Part shown: positions 18,777 to 28,524 of the stretch, piece by piece | Layout of the letters: each line of letters opens with the position of its first letter | Position numbering within the stretch: the first letter of the stretch is position 1 | NCBI GenBank assembly: GCA_017613535.1 | Contig: JAGADO010000031.1 | Location: 1-55,658 of the forward strand | Reading direction: 5' to 3' | Source of the DNA: Clostridia bacterium | GTDB taxonomy: Bacteria; Bacillota; Clostridia; UBA1212; UBA1255 | Length of the DNA stretch: 55,658 nt | Notes under the pieces: generated by a model | Databases searched by the model: none | Told to the model about the DNA's origin: nothing | Seen by the model: the letters and a program-made list of their open reading frames with translations, nothing else | Translations under genes and position numbers: made by a program

Positions 18777-20742
18777 CGGCCTTACCTCCCGCAGGCGTTA
18801 GCGTATACACGAACACCTGGTTCTGCATGATCATCATGTGGTAACTTCCGGCTTTTCTGGAGCGCGATATCTGCACCGCCGCGGCGTCGATATCCAGCCC
18901 GAGCGTCTTCGCGCACGTCACTGCTTCGGCCTGCGTCTCGAGCGTGACAGCGGTCAATACGATGTGCGCCGCGGGGTTTTTGTCCAGCACGGCGTCAATA
19001 ATTTTGCGCAGATTTCCTGAACTTCCCCCGATAAACACGTGCGTCGGTGCAGCGAGCCCGGACAATGCATCAGGCGCGAAACCAGCCACTGTTTCGATAT
19101 TGTCCGCGCGGAACTTCCGCTTGTTCCGGCCGATCAGCTCGAGCGCGTCAGGCTCTTTTTCAACCGCGTAAACTTTGCCTTCGGAGGCTCCCAGCGCGCA
19201 TTCCACAGACACGGATCCGGTACCGGCGCCGATGTCCCACACGACCGCGTCCGGCGTCAATGCCAGTTTTGACAGCACTATCGCGCGCACTTCGGACTTC
19301 GTCATCGGCACGTCGCCGCGTATGAATTCTTCATCCGCGATACCGAAGCGTGCGGCGCAGACTGCGTCCGGATTCTCGATATACATTACCGACAGCGCGT
19401 CAAATTCACGTGTGCAGAGCGCCTGCGCAGTGTCACGCGTTATTTTTTCATCATGATACGAAAGCCGCTCGCCAACCGCGACACGAAGCGCGCCGAAGCC
19501 GTATTCGCACAGCTTCCGGCAGATATCGGGAACTGTGTTCGCGCCGCCGGTCAACGCGAACGTCTTTTTATTCGAATCCACCGCGCGTATCAGGTTCGCG
19601 TCTCGCCCGTGAAGGCTTATGAGTCTGGCATCGTCCCAGCTCACGCCGAGCTTAGCCGCAAAAGCGGAAACAGAAGAAATACCCGGAACGATATTGACCG
19701 CGCCTTCACCGAACAGCTCGAGCAGCTTTTTAGCGCCGCTGTAAAAACCAACATCGCCGCGCATAAGTATTGCCGCACATCTGAGCGACGGATGCGAATC
19801 CAGAACCGCCTTGACCTTGTCCGGCGTAAATTCATAAAATACCGTTTTGCGAAAGCCGGCGGGTAAGACTGCTTCGACCACAGTTTTCGCTCCGATCACC
19901 GCGTCGCACTCCTCGATTGCTTCAGCCGCTTCGGCTGTCAGCATACCGCTGCCGCCCGGCCCGATGCCGATCAGATACAGTTTCCGGTCCGTCAGTTCGT
20001 ACCGTTTCGCGAGTTCCGCGACCGCCTCGTCCAGCCTGAGCCCCTCTCCCTGTGTCGGTTTTCCTACGATCACCGCAGTCGCGCCAGCTTTCTTCGCCGC
20101 GCTGATCTTTTCGTCGAATCCTCCGCTCTTCCCGGACTCTTTGGTCACGATGAACTTCGCGTCTATCGCGCGGAGCAGCGCCAGATTCGTCTCTTCGGAG
20201 AACGGTCCCTGCGCGGCAATGATATGCGCTGTCGGTATGCCGGCTTTTTTGCACGCTTCGAGCGACGACTGAAGCGGCAGCACTCTAACCCAGACGCGCG
20301 ACATATCCAATCCGGCGTACGAGGTCAATTCTTTCGCTCCGGTGGTTATCAGCACGTTCCCGCCGTGTTCGGCCAGGTAATCCTTCGCATGTTCGACGTT
20401 GTCAACGTACACCGCGTTGTACGCCTTTTTATCTGCCTCGCGGATGATCCGCATCACCGGAATATCAAACTTCTCCGCGGCGGCACGGATATTGACCGAG
20501 ACCTCCTGCGCGTACGGGTGCGTGGCGTCGATGATCAGTCCAAATCCGCCGGACGCGAAAAACGCTTCCATACCGCGCTCGTCCAGACGCCCGGTGTGAA
20601 CGTTGATACCGCCGCAGCCGTCCAGCATCACCTCGCCGTACTCGGTCGCAACACACACGGTGAGTTCCGCCGCGTCCTTCAGAATATATGCCAGACGCCT
20701 GCCTTCAGTCGTTCCCGCGAATAAACAAACCTTATCATTCAT
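18769..20742 (-). CDS. cbiJ/cbiE/cbiT: Triple fusion: cobalt-precorrin-6A reductase (CbiJ/CobK), precorrin-6B C5-methyltransferase (CbiE) and C15-methyltransferase/decarboxylase (CbiT)
   Basis: 657 aa. N-terminal FAGTTEGRRLA...IIDATHPYA (CbiJ). Middle LYLIGIGPGGSGMLTAEAAEAIEECDAVIG (CbiE). C-terminal MTKSEVRAIVLSKL...VWDIGAGTGSVSVE (CbiT). Confidence 0.85.
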   Translation of the reverse strand: MNDKVCLFAGTTEGRRLAYILKDAAELTVCVATEYGEVMLDGCGGINVHTGRLDERGMEAFFASGGFGLIIDATHPYAQEVSVNIRAAAEKFDIPVMRIIREADKKAYNAVYVDNVEHAKDYLAEHGGNVLITTGAKELTSYAGLDMSRVWVRVLPLQSSLEACKKAGIPTAHIIAAQGPFSEETNLALLRAIDAKFIVTKESGKSGGFDEKISAAKKAGATAVIVGKPTQGEGLRLDEAVAELAKRYELTDRKLYLIGIGPGGSGMLTAEAAEAIEECDAVIGAKTVVEAVLPAGFRKTVFYEFTPDKVKAVLDSHPSLRCAAILMRGDVGFYSGAKKLLELFGEGAVNIVPGISSVSAFAAKLGVSWDDARLISLHGRDANLIRAVDSNKKTFALTGGANTVPDICRKLCEYGFGALRVAVGERLSYHDEKITRDTAQALCTREFDALSVMYIENPDAVCAARFGIADEEFIRGDVPMTKSEVRAIVLSKLALTPDAVVWDIGAGTGSVSVECALGASEGKVYAVEKEPDALELIGRNKRKFRADNIETVAGFAPDALSGLAAPTHVFIGGSSGNLRKIIDAVLDKNPAAHIVLTAVTLETQAEAVTCAKTLGLDIDAAAVQISRSRKAGSYHMMIMQNQVFVYTLTPAGGKADA

Positions 20743-21463
20743 ATCTGTACCCTCTCGGAGTGACCATCCGCCCGTTTATCACTTTAGTCGCAGAATTGCC
20801 TATAAACACCGTAGAAAACATATCTGTCTCTCTGTTTTCAAGTTCCGCGAGCGTCAGTATCTCGCTGCTCTCGCCTTCCCGCCCGATCATACGCGCGACC
20901 GCGCAGACCGTTTCGGGAGACCGGTGCCGCAAAATAATCTCGCACGCACGCCGGAGATGATCTGCGCGCTTGTGGCTGGACGGATTGTAAATCACTATGC
21001 ACATGTCCGCATCTGCCGCGCGGTCAAGCCGCTTTTCTATCACGTCAAACGGTGTCAGCAGATCGGAGAGGCTTATCACGGCGAAGTCGCAAGTCAGCGG
21101 GGAGCCTAAAAGCGCCGCGCCTGACAATGCCGCCGTCACGCCCGCGACTATTTCTATTTCCACGTCGTATTCAGCGCCAAGTTCGAGCACAGGCGAAGCC
21201 ATACCGTAAACTCCCGCGTCACCCGAGCAGATCATCACCGTATTTTCCCCGCCCGAGGCTCGTTCGAGCGCTATACGGCAGCGTTCCGTTTCGCGCATCA
21301 TCGGCGTCGAAACGAACTCTTTGTTCTTGAAATACGGCCTGATCAGCTCGCAATACACGGTGTAGCCGACGATCACGTCAGCGTTTTCGAGCGCTTTCAC
21401 GGCCCCGACTGTCAATCCGTCGTAATTGCCTGCGCCGATTCCCACAACGGTTAGTTTTTTCAA
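20735..21463 (-). CDS. cbiH: Cobalt-precorrin-3B C17-methyltransferase
   Basis: KKLTVVGIGAGNYDGLTVGAVKALENADVIVGYTVY. Start set to the TTG at 21463 (GGAGGG 7 nt upstream, TTGA overlap with the cbiG stop). The track gives a TTG at 21478. Confidence 0.85.
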   Translation of the reverse strand: MKKLTVVGIGAGNYDGLTVGAVKALENADVIVGYTVYCELIRPYFKNKEFVSTPMMRETERCRIALERASGGENTVMICSGDAGVYGMASPVLELGAEYDVEIEIVAGVTAALSGAALLGSPLTCDFAVISLSDLLTPFDVIEKRLDRAADADMCIVIYNPSSHKRADHLRRACEIILRHRSPETVCAVARMIGREGESSEILTLAELENRETDMFSTVFIGNSATKVINGRMVTPRGYRYE

Positions 21464-22482
21464 AACACGACCCTCCAATCAGCCATCGAGGCGGCAACGG
21501 TCACTCCGTTTTCCGCGGTTTTATTGACAATCAATCGTCCTCCGCCGCACACAGCCGCGCGCTCGCACACGTTTCCGGTCCCGACCGTCCTGCGCACGAA
21601 TTCGGATTCGGCGAACTCTCCGGGCACGGCGTTCAGTTCAGCCGCGGTGTAGTAATTGACCGGAACTTTCAATTTTAAGCCGAGGTCGATTATCGCCTGT
21701 TCTTCTTTTTTTACGTCGATCGTAGCGATCTCCCGCACCGCGCGGACGTCAATTCCGTTCGCGTCCAGCACATTTTCGACCGCGGACAATATCGCTTCCG
21801 CCGGTATCCCGCGCCTGCATCCTATCCCTAAAGTAACGATTTTCGGTATGAGCCGGAGTGTTTTTTTGTACGGTTCCGCGGTCCGTATGCCGATGTAAAT
21901 GCCCAGCTCGCCTTCATTTTTATTTACCAGACCGTCTGGGAGTCCGGAGCCATCGGGAAGCTCAAATTCGGATGATACCGGCACGTCGCGCGTTAATATT
22001 TCCGCCGATACGTCTTTCGCCAGCTTCATGGAAGAGATCACGCAGCCGCTCTCCACCGCCCATTTGTCGCACGAAAACCGCCCGGCACCGTCGGTAGCCG
22101 TAGTGATCACGGGTATTGCCCCCAGTTCCGCCGCTATGTGTTCCGCAAGTGCGTTTGCCCCGCCTATATGGCCGGACAATACCGGTATCACGTACCTGCC
22201 GCGGTCGTCGATCACGATCACCGCCGGATCGGTAGTTTTGCTTTTGAGGTGCGGGGCAATATCTCTCACCGCGATCCCGCACGCGCCGATGAATATGAGC
22301 GCGTCGTTGTTCTCGAACAGCGTTTTCATATCCGCGCAGACCGATCTGTGCGCCGTAAACCCGTACTTTTCCGCAAATTTATGTATCGTATGCACGTTTT
22401 CGGGCAATATCCCGAGTGTCTCGCACAGTTTGAGTGCGAGCTTTGCGCCGGAGTCAGAAAAACAGAACATGCAGATATTCAT
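21460..22482 (-). CDS. cbiG: Cobalt-precorrin-5A hydrolase
   Basis: 340 aa. Family-typical length, sequence and position between cbiF and cbiH. Confidence 0.8.
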   Translation of the reverse strand: MNICMFCFSDSGAKLALKLCETLGILPENVHTIHKFAEKYGFTAHRSVCADMKTLFENNDALIFIGACGIAVRDIAPHLKSKTTDPAVIVIDDRGRYVIPVLSGHIGGANALAEHIAAELGAIPVITTATDGAGRFSCDKWAVESGCVISSMKLAKDVSAEILTRDVPVSSEFELPDGSGLPDGLVNKNEGELGIYIGIRTAEPYKKTLRLIPKIVTLGIGCRRGIPAEAILSAVENVLDANGIDVRAVREIATIDVKKEEQAIIDLGLKLKVPVNYYTAAELNAVPGEFAESEFVRRTVGTGNVCERAAVCGGGRLIVNKTAENGVTVAASMADWRVVF

Positions 22483-23237
22483 TGCTTCGCCTCTCTGAAT
22501 TCTGTCGAAAACGACGGGTCGTACAAATGCGAGCGCACAAATTCGCTGTCAAGGAACTCGCCGACAACGATCAGCGCGGTCTTGGTGATGTTATTATTGG
22601 CAGCGGTCTCTTCTAGCGTTGCCACGGTGCAGCAGCAGATTTTTTCGTCTTTCCACGACACTTTATACACGATCGCAGCCGGAGTTTCGGGCGGATAACC
22701 GCCTTCGATCAGTTCTTTTGAGACTTTCCCGGCGAGGCCCGCGCTCAAAAACAACACCATTGTCGCCCGATGTGATGCGAGCGAGCGGAGACTTTCCGCC
22801 TCCGGTACCGGAGTTTTGCCCTCGGCGCGCGAGATTATCACTGTCTGCGATACGTCCGGGAGCGTATATTCGGCCTTCAGCGCGGCCGCCGCGCCTGAAA
22901 ACGCACTCACTCCGGGCGTGATGTCATATTCTATGCCGAGTTTGTCAAGCTCGCGCATCTGCTCCCCGATCGCGCCGTACAGAGAAGGATCGCCGGTGTG
23001 CAGCCTGACTGTCGTTTTGCCCTCGCGCTCGGCGGCAGCGATCACGTCTATTATTTCTTCGAGCGTCATTTTCGCGCTGTCGTGTATCTCGCAGTCCGGT
23101 CCCGCAAACGCTAACAATTCGCGGTTCACGAGCGAGCCCGCGTATATTATCACATCCGCCTGCTCCAGATATTTCTTGCCCCGCAGCGTGATCAGATCGG
23201 GAGCGCCGCATCCCGCGCCGACGATATGTACCATCAC
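22479..23237 (-). CDS. cbiF: Cobalt-precorrin-4 C11-methyltransferase
   Basis: 252 aa. VHIVGAGCGAPDLITLRG...RLHTGDPSLYGA. Confidence 0.9.
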   Translation of the reverse strand: MMVHIVGAGCGAPDLITLRGKKYLEQADVIIYAGSLVNRELLAFAGPDCEIHDSAKMTLEEIIDVIAAAEREGKTTVRLHTGDPSLYGAIGEQMRELDKLGIEYDITPGVSAFSGAAAALKAEYTLPDVSQTVIISRAEGKTPVPEAESLRSLASHRATMVLFLSAGLAGKVSKELIEGGYPPETPAAIVYKVSWKDEKICCCTVATLEETAANNNITKTALIVVGEFLDSEFVRSHLYDPSFSTEFREAKQ

Positions 23238-24386
23238 TCAAATCTCCTTTCGGACATCATCCAGCAGTTTATCCGCGCCGCCTGTCATCCCAAGCGTCCC
23301 GTAAACTTTCGAAAACGCGATCACACCTGTCCGGAGCTTCCACGAATACCGCGCCGAAAGCGCCGAAAGCTGCTGACCGATCTTCTCCGTTATGCTGCTC
23401 ATGACTTTTTCGCGAAGCCCCGCCTCGTCAAGTATCGACAGCATATCGTCCGTCATCGCGCTGTTCATAAGCCTTTTAACGGTTTCTTCAGACGCGCCAG
23501 AGGCCCCGGCGTGAGCGGCAAATATTTCCGCCCGGCAGTCGCCGTACCGAGAGTGAGTGTTGAACATCCCGCCTGCGAGCTTCACGACTTTTCCGATGTG
23601 GCCAACGAGCACCGCGCCTTCAAATCCGGCTTCCGCAGCGAGCAAAAACGCGTCTCCTATAAAGTTCGACGTGGTTACGGCCGTTCCCGGGTCAATGTTC
23701 AGTTCATCGCGCACAAAGTCCGCCCCGTAGTTTCCGGGCGTGAATAATACGTATTTCTTTCCCGCCGCGGCACGTACGGACAGCTCGGCCTTGATCGTTT
23801 CAACGACCGCTTCATCGCTCATAGGCTCTACTATGCCCGTCGTCCCGAGGATAGATATCCCGCCCACGATCCCGAGGCGCGGATTGAACGTTTTTTTCGC
23901 TATTTCGGCGCCTGACGGGACAGAGACAGTAACGCGCAGACCGCCCCGGTAGCCGTTGTCCTCGCACACCTGAAGAAGCTCGTCACGGATCATTTTACGC
24001 GGCCCGGAATTGATCGCCGCATTGCCCGCGGGCTGGTCAAGACCCGGTCTGGTCACGCGCCCCACGCCTTCACCGCCGTCGATCTCGATGCTGTGCGGAG
24101 TGTCTGTTTTCTCGACGCGGGTATACACGACGATCCCGTTCGTGACGTCCGGATCATCGCCGCTGTCTTTTTCTATCCCGCACGACACATATTCGTCCCC
24201 CGCCGTAACGTCGAGCACCTTAAGATCGAGCCCGATGCCGCGCGGAGTCAGCAGATGGATATTTTCGAGGCATCTGTGCTCCAAAAGCATAATAGCCGCC
24301 GCCTTCGCAGCAGCCGCCGCACACGAGCCGGTGGTGTATCCTCTGCGCAATTTTTTACCGTCTTTCGTAACAAAACTTTCCATCAT
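23238..24386 (-). CDS. cbiD: Cobalt-precorrin-5B C1-methyltransferase
   Basis: 382 aa. LRRGYTTGSCAAAAAKAA motif near the N-terminus. Confidence 0.9.
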   Translation of the reverse strand: MMESFVTKDGKKLRRGYTTGSCAAAAAKAAAIMLLEHRCLENIHLLTPRGIGLDLKVLDVTAGDEYVSCGIEKDSGDDPDVTNGIVVYTRVEKTDTPHSIEIDGGEGVGRVTRPGLDQPAGNAAINSGPRKMIRDELLQVCEDNGYRGGLRVTVSVPSGAEIAKKTFNPRLGIVGGISILGTTGIVEPMSDEAVVETIKAELSVRAAAGKKYVLFTPGNYGADFVRDELNIDPGTAVTTSNFIGDAFLLAAEAGFEGAVLVGHIGKVVKLAGGMFNTHSRYGDCRAEIFAAHAGASGASEETVKRLMNSAMTDDMLSILDEAGLREKVMSSITEKIGQQLSALSARYSWKLRTGVIAFSKVYGTLGMTGGADKLLDDVRKEI

Positions 24387-25000
24387 CTTGTGAGCTGATA
24401 CATCAGCGCGTTCACGATCGCCGCGGCAACGTTCGAACCGCCCTTGCGCCCTTTCGCCACGATGTACGGATATTCGATCTGCATGATTGCTTCTTTCGAT
24501 TCAATTACGTTGACAAAACCGACCGGCACACCGATCACGAGTTCGGGCCGCACCGCTCCGGCGTCAATAAGTTCTTTCAGCTTGAGTAGCGCCGTGGGAG
24601 CATTGCCGATCACGAAAATAAGCGGTTTTTTGAGACGCGAGGCCTTTTCCATCGACAACGCGGCCCGTGTGCAGCCCAGTTTTTTAGCGTTTTCGGCAAT
24701 ATCCGGATCGCTCATGAAGCAGTGTATCTCGCACCCGAGCTTTGCCGCCGCAGTCTTATTGATGCCGGATCTGGCCATCTGCGTGTCTGTGACAATGTCG
24801 CACCCGCGCCTTAGCGCTTCAAGTGCCTTCGCCACCGCCCCGCCCGAAAACACAAGATTTTCGGCGTAATCAAAATCCGCCGTGCAATGTATCACGCGCT
24901 TCACGACCGCCTTGTTCTCCTCGGGAATACACGTTTTCAGCTCGCTTTCGATTATCTCCATGCTGCGTCTTTCAATGTCGTTAGGGTCTTCTATGATCAT
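24383..25000 (-). CDS. cbiC: Cobalt-precorrin-8 methylmutase
   Basis: 205 aa. IERRSMEIIESEL...VIHCTADFDYA...IVTDTQM. Confidence 0.9.
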   Translation of the reverse strand: MIIEDPNDIERRSMEIIESELKTCIPEENKAVVKRVIHCTADFDYAENLVFSGGAVAKALEALRRGCDIVTDTQMARSGINKTAAAKLGCEIHCFMSDPDIAENAKKLGCTRAALSMEKASRLKKPLIFVIGNAPTALLKLKELIDAGAVRPELVIGVPVGFVNVIESKEAIMQIEYPYIVAKGRKGGSNVAAAIVNALMYQLTR

Positions 25001-26349
25001 TCATTTCGCCTCCCGTAATCAAGGCATTTTTTGTAGAACGCTTCCGCCGAGGGAATCGCGGACCAGAGGTACAGATGCGGGTATCCTGCGTACATCGTGT
25101 CCGTCATGACAGCGCAGTCCCACTGTTTCCCTGACTGTTTTACTGCCGTAAAAGAGCTCCCGTTTTCGGTGCTGTCATAGTAATGAAATTCGTGCCCGCG
25201 CAAAACCGTGCCCGCCGGTCCGAGCACGCCGCCCGCGTTCGCATGCAGCGTTATATATCCGAACCGGACAAGTTTTCCGGCATTTGCGCTCTCATGCGGA
25301 AGCACGCCGCACATTGACCGGCCGTCAAGTTTTTTTCCGAGGTATTGGAACCCGCCGCATTCGGCAATCACAGGCATCCCGGAGCGTATTGCCGCCGCGA
25401 TGCTATCTTTGGTCAATGTATTTTTTTCGAGCCTGTCCGTGTACAGTTCGGGATATCCGCCGCCTAAAAACAGCCCCGCACAGCCCTCGGGCAAAGGTTC
25501 GTCCTCAAGCGGCGAGAATTCGCAAAATTCCGCTCCCATACGTTCAAACAGGCGCAATGTGTCGCGGTAATAGAAGAAAAACGCGCGGTCTTTCGCGATC
25601 GCGATGCGCACCGGAGGATATTTCGGAATGTCCGGGACTGTAAATTTTAGCTCCTCCGCCGAATCCGCGATAGCTGCCAGCCCGTCAATATCGAGCGTGT
25701 TTTCGCAAATATCCGCGATTTTGTCTATGCGCTCCGTTATATCGGTTATCTCCTGCGCGGACACGAGCCCGAGGTGTCTCGACGGTATGCGGCACTCTTC
25801 AGGAAGCTCGGGAATGTAACCCAGAGGCACTATTTTGGCCCCGAAACGGTTATTAATTAGCCTTTTTACGTTCGCATAATTCATCGCGGTCATGCGCGAA
25901 AACAGCACGCCGGCGATATGCGAATCGTCCGTATAATTTAAGAAGCCCCCGAGCGTGGCGAGCAGTGAAGCGGAGGCGCCTTTAGCGTCGATCACGAGCA
26001 CTGAAGGGGTCTGCGTACGATCCGCGACCGTGAAAGAACTGTTGTCCGTGCCGGACTCGCCAGTACCGTCGTAATAACCCATCACGCCCTCGATAATTGT
26101 CAGCCTCCCGCCCGCATTCTCATGAAGCAGGTACCGGAGCAGGTCTCCTTCGCAGAAGAATGGATCGAGGTTCGCGCAGGGGATGCCTGTGACCGTTTCG
26201 TGGAACGTGGGATCGAGGTAATCCGGGCCGCATTTGAGCGCGCGGACGTCAATATTCCGGCGTTTTAAGAGCGCAAGGATCGTGCATACGGCAGTGGTCT
26301 TGCCGCAGCCGCTCGAAGTTCCAGCGATCAGAACGCGCGGGTTGTTCAT
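24997..26349 (-). CDS. cbiA: Cobyrinate a,c-diamide synthase
   Basis: 450 aa. LIAGTSSGCGKTT P-loop and a C-terminal amidotransferase domain (IAECGGFQYLG). Confidence 0.9.
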   Translation of the reverse strand: MNNPRVLIAGTSSGCGKTTAVCTILALLKRRNIDVRALKCGPDYLDPTFHETVTGIPCANLDPFFCEGDLLRYLLHENAGGRLTIIEGVMGYYDGTGESGTDNSSFTVADRTQTPSVLVIDAKGASASLLATLGGFLNYTDDSHIAGVLFSRMTAMNYANVKRLINNRFGAKIVPLGYIPELPEECRIPSRHLGLVSAQEITDITERIDKIADICENTLDIDGLAAIADSAEELKFTVPDIPKYPPVRIAIAKDRAFFFYYRDTLRLFERMGAEFCEFSPLEDEPLPEGCAGLFLGGGYPELYTDRLEKNTLTKDSIAAAIRSGMPVIAECGGFQYLGKKLDGRSMCGVLPHESANAGKLVRFGYITLHANAGGVLGPAGTVLRGHEFHYYDSTENGSSFTAVKQSGKQWDCAVMTDTMYAGYPHLYLWSAIPSAEAFYKKCLDYGRRNE

Positions 26350-27494
26350 ATCTCAGCCTCCGAAAGTTCGCTGACGGATGTTATTACCGTCTTTCTTTTT
26401 TCGCGGGCGTATTCGATCAGTTCAGCGTTCGCGCGGTTAAGTTCGCCGATCACGGGGCCGCAGTCGATGACAATATTAACGCTGTCGATCAGCTGTTTCG
26501 CTTCGCTTATATGCTCATCTTTTATCGGCGTGAACGCGGGAGTACGGACGATAACCGACGCTAGCGGCTGAGCCACGGCGGCGTCAATATCGTTGTCCGC
26601 GATTATCCCTGCCGCGAACGGTATGCCTCGTTTCTGAAGCGCACGGTAGTACGGTATCCCGGACCCGCCTCCGCCCACAGCGAAGCAGCGCACCTTCCCT
26701 TCCGGCGCGGCTAATTCAACGCTTCCGAGCAGCGAGTTAAACGATCCCGCCCCGATATCGTACAGAGACGCGATCGTATCGTTCGAGAATATCTCATCCG
26801 GAGTGCCGTACGCAGATATGCGGTCGCCTTTAACACATACTATCTTATCCGAGATCCGTTCGGCCAGATCGATCTCATGCAGGCTCATAACGACCGATAT
26901 GCCCTGATTTTTTGACATATCCGAAAGGATCCCCAGCAGTTCGATCTTATGCCTGATGTCCAGGAACGACGTAGGTTCGTCGAGCACGATTATCTCCGGT
27001 TCCTGACAAATGGCTCTGGCGAGCAGTACACGCTGACGTTGACCGTCGCTGATCTCCGTCACGTCTTTATCGGCTATGTCCAGCGCGTGCACTTTTTCGA
27101 GCGCCTGATTGACCACTTCTTTATCGTGCGCGGTCAAAAGCCCGAAACTGCCCGTGTACGGATACCGTCCGGCGGAAACAAGTTCGCGGCAGCTCATCAT
27201 CTCCGGCCTGACCCGCTCGGTGAGCACGACGGCCAATTTCGTGGCGATCTCTTTCCCGCTGAGCGTACGCATATTTTTGCTGTCGATATACACCGTTCCG
27301 GCGATCGTGGCGAGGTGGCGCGTAATGCTTTTGAGAATCGTGGATTTGCCCGAGCCGTTTGGCCCGATGAGCGTGACGATCTCACCTTTTGCGAGCGACA
27401 GCGTTATGTCCGAGATAAGAGGCACGCCGTTGTACCCGACCGTAAGGGAATCGAGTTTCAGCTTATCCGCTGATGTATCATTACTGATTATCAT
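26346..27494 (-). CDS. btuD: FecE/BtuD-type ABC ATPase with a ~125-aa C-terminal extension of unknown function
   Basis: 382 aa. Walker A GPNGSGKST, signature ISDGQRQR, Walker B IIVLDEPTSFLD. The sequence after about residue 255 (FAVGGGGSGIPYY...) lies outside a normal NBD. Confidence 0.8.
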   Translation of the reverse strand: MIISNDTSADKLKLDSLTVGYNGVPLISDITLSLAKGEIVTLIGPNGSGKSTILKSITRHLATIAGTVYIDSKNMRTLSGKEIATKLAVVLTERVRPEMMSCRELVSAGRYPYTGSFGLLTAHDKEVVNQALEKVHALDIADKDVTEISDGQRQRVLLARAICQEPEIIVLDEPTSFLDIRHKIELLGILSDMSKNQGISVVMSLHEIDLAERISDKIVCVKGDRISAYGTPDEIFSNDTIASLYDIGAGSFNSLLGSVELAAPEGKVRCFAVGGGGSGIPYYRALQKRGIPFAAGIIADNDIDAAVAQPLASVIVRTPAFTPIKDEHISEAKQLIDSVNIVIDCGPVIGELNRANAELIEYAREKRKTVITSVSELSEAEI

Positions 27495-28524
27495 TCTTCC
27501 GCCTCCTCGACATCATGAGCCAGATCACGATAGGCGCGCCGATAGCGCTCGTGACCGTACTTATTGACAATTCAGTGGGAGAGAACAGCATTCTGGCTGC
27601 GAGGTCGCACAGCACGCAGAAAACTGACCCGCACAGGAATGAGGCGGGGATCATCAGTATAGGTTTGTTCGTTTTGAGCAGGATGCGCGAAATGTGCGGG
27701 ACGGCAATTCCCACGAACGATATCGGGCCGGCAAACGCGGCGACGCACGCGGACAATATCCCCGTTGCCACCACCAGCATAACGCGGAATCCTTTTATAT
27801 TCATGCCGAGGCTTTTGGAGTATCCCTCTCCGAGAGCGTACGCCGACATCGGCTTTGACATCAGAAATACGACAAATAAGACGGGTATAACTATTGCCGC
27901 GGATACGCGGACGCTCTGCCACGAAGCAGCCGAGAAGCTGCCTAAAGACCAGTGCGTGAGATTCACGATCTCGGATTCTTTGGCAAAATTGATCAGCAGA
28001 TCGGTCACGGCAGAGCAGATATACCCTATCATGATACCGATCACGAGCAGCATCGACATGTTTTTAACTTTTCCCGTGAACAGCAGTACAAGCAGCATCG
28101 ACAGGAGCGAGCCGATGAACGACGCGATCACCGTCACAGAAAGAGGCATCTGTTTGATAAACCCGGTCATAGCAATCGTCACTATCGCGAGGAACATTTT
28201 AGCGCCGGATGAAATACCGAGCACGAACGGACCGGCGATGGGATTGCGGAAAAACGTCTGGATCAGAAAGCCCGAGAGCGACAATGCTCCGCCTAAAATA
28301 ACGGCCAGCAATATGCGAGGCAGGCGGATCTTCCAGATCACGTTGTACGACACTGTATTCGTTTTATCACCCGTAAACAGTATGCTGAATATGTCACCAA
28401 ACGTAATGCTGACGCTTCCGATCTTGATGCTTAAGACGATAGAGAAAAAGAACAATATTATGAGCGAAAGGAATACCATGCAGTAGCGCATGGTATTCCT
28501 CTGCTGTGCGGTACGTTCTGTCAT
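27481..28524 (-). CDS. btuC: FecCD-family ABC permease (cobalamin/siderophore type)
   Basis: 347 aa polytopic protein. LPRILLAVILGGALSLSG and FVGIAVPHISR motifs typical of FecCD/BtuC. Confidence 0.88.
   Translation of the reverse strand: MTERTAQQRNTMRYCMVFLSLIILFFFSIVLSIKIGSVSITFGDIFSILFTGDKTNTVSYNVIWKIRLPRILLAVILGGALSLSGFLIQTFFRNPIAGPFVLGISSGAKMFLAIVTIAMTGFIKQMPLSVTVIASFIGSLLSMLLVLLFTGKVKNMSMLLVIGIMIGYICSAVTDLLINFAKESEIVNLTHWSLGSFSAASWQSVRVSAAIVIPVLFVVFLMSKPMSAYALGEGYSKSLGMNIKGFRVMLVVATGILSACVAAFAGPISFVGIAVPHISRILLKTNKPILMIPASFLCGSVFCVLCDLAARMLFSPTELSISTVTSAIGAPIVIWLMMSRRRKNDNQ

Noticed and set aside
27515-28486. 323-aa plus-strand ORF
   Set aside because: It is entirely antisense to the well-supported FecCD/BtuC permease gene. 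It is a shadow ORF typical of GC-rich coding DNA, with no RBS and no recognisable motifs.
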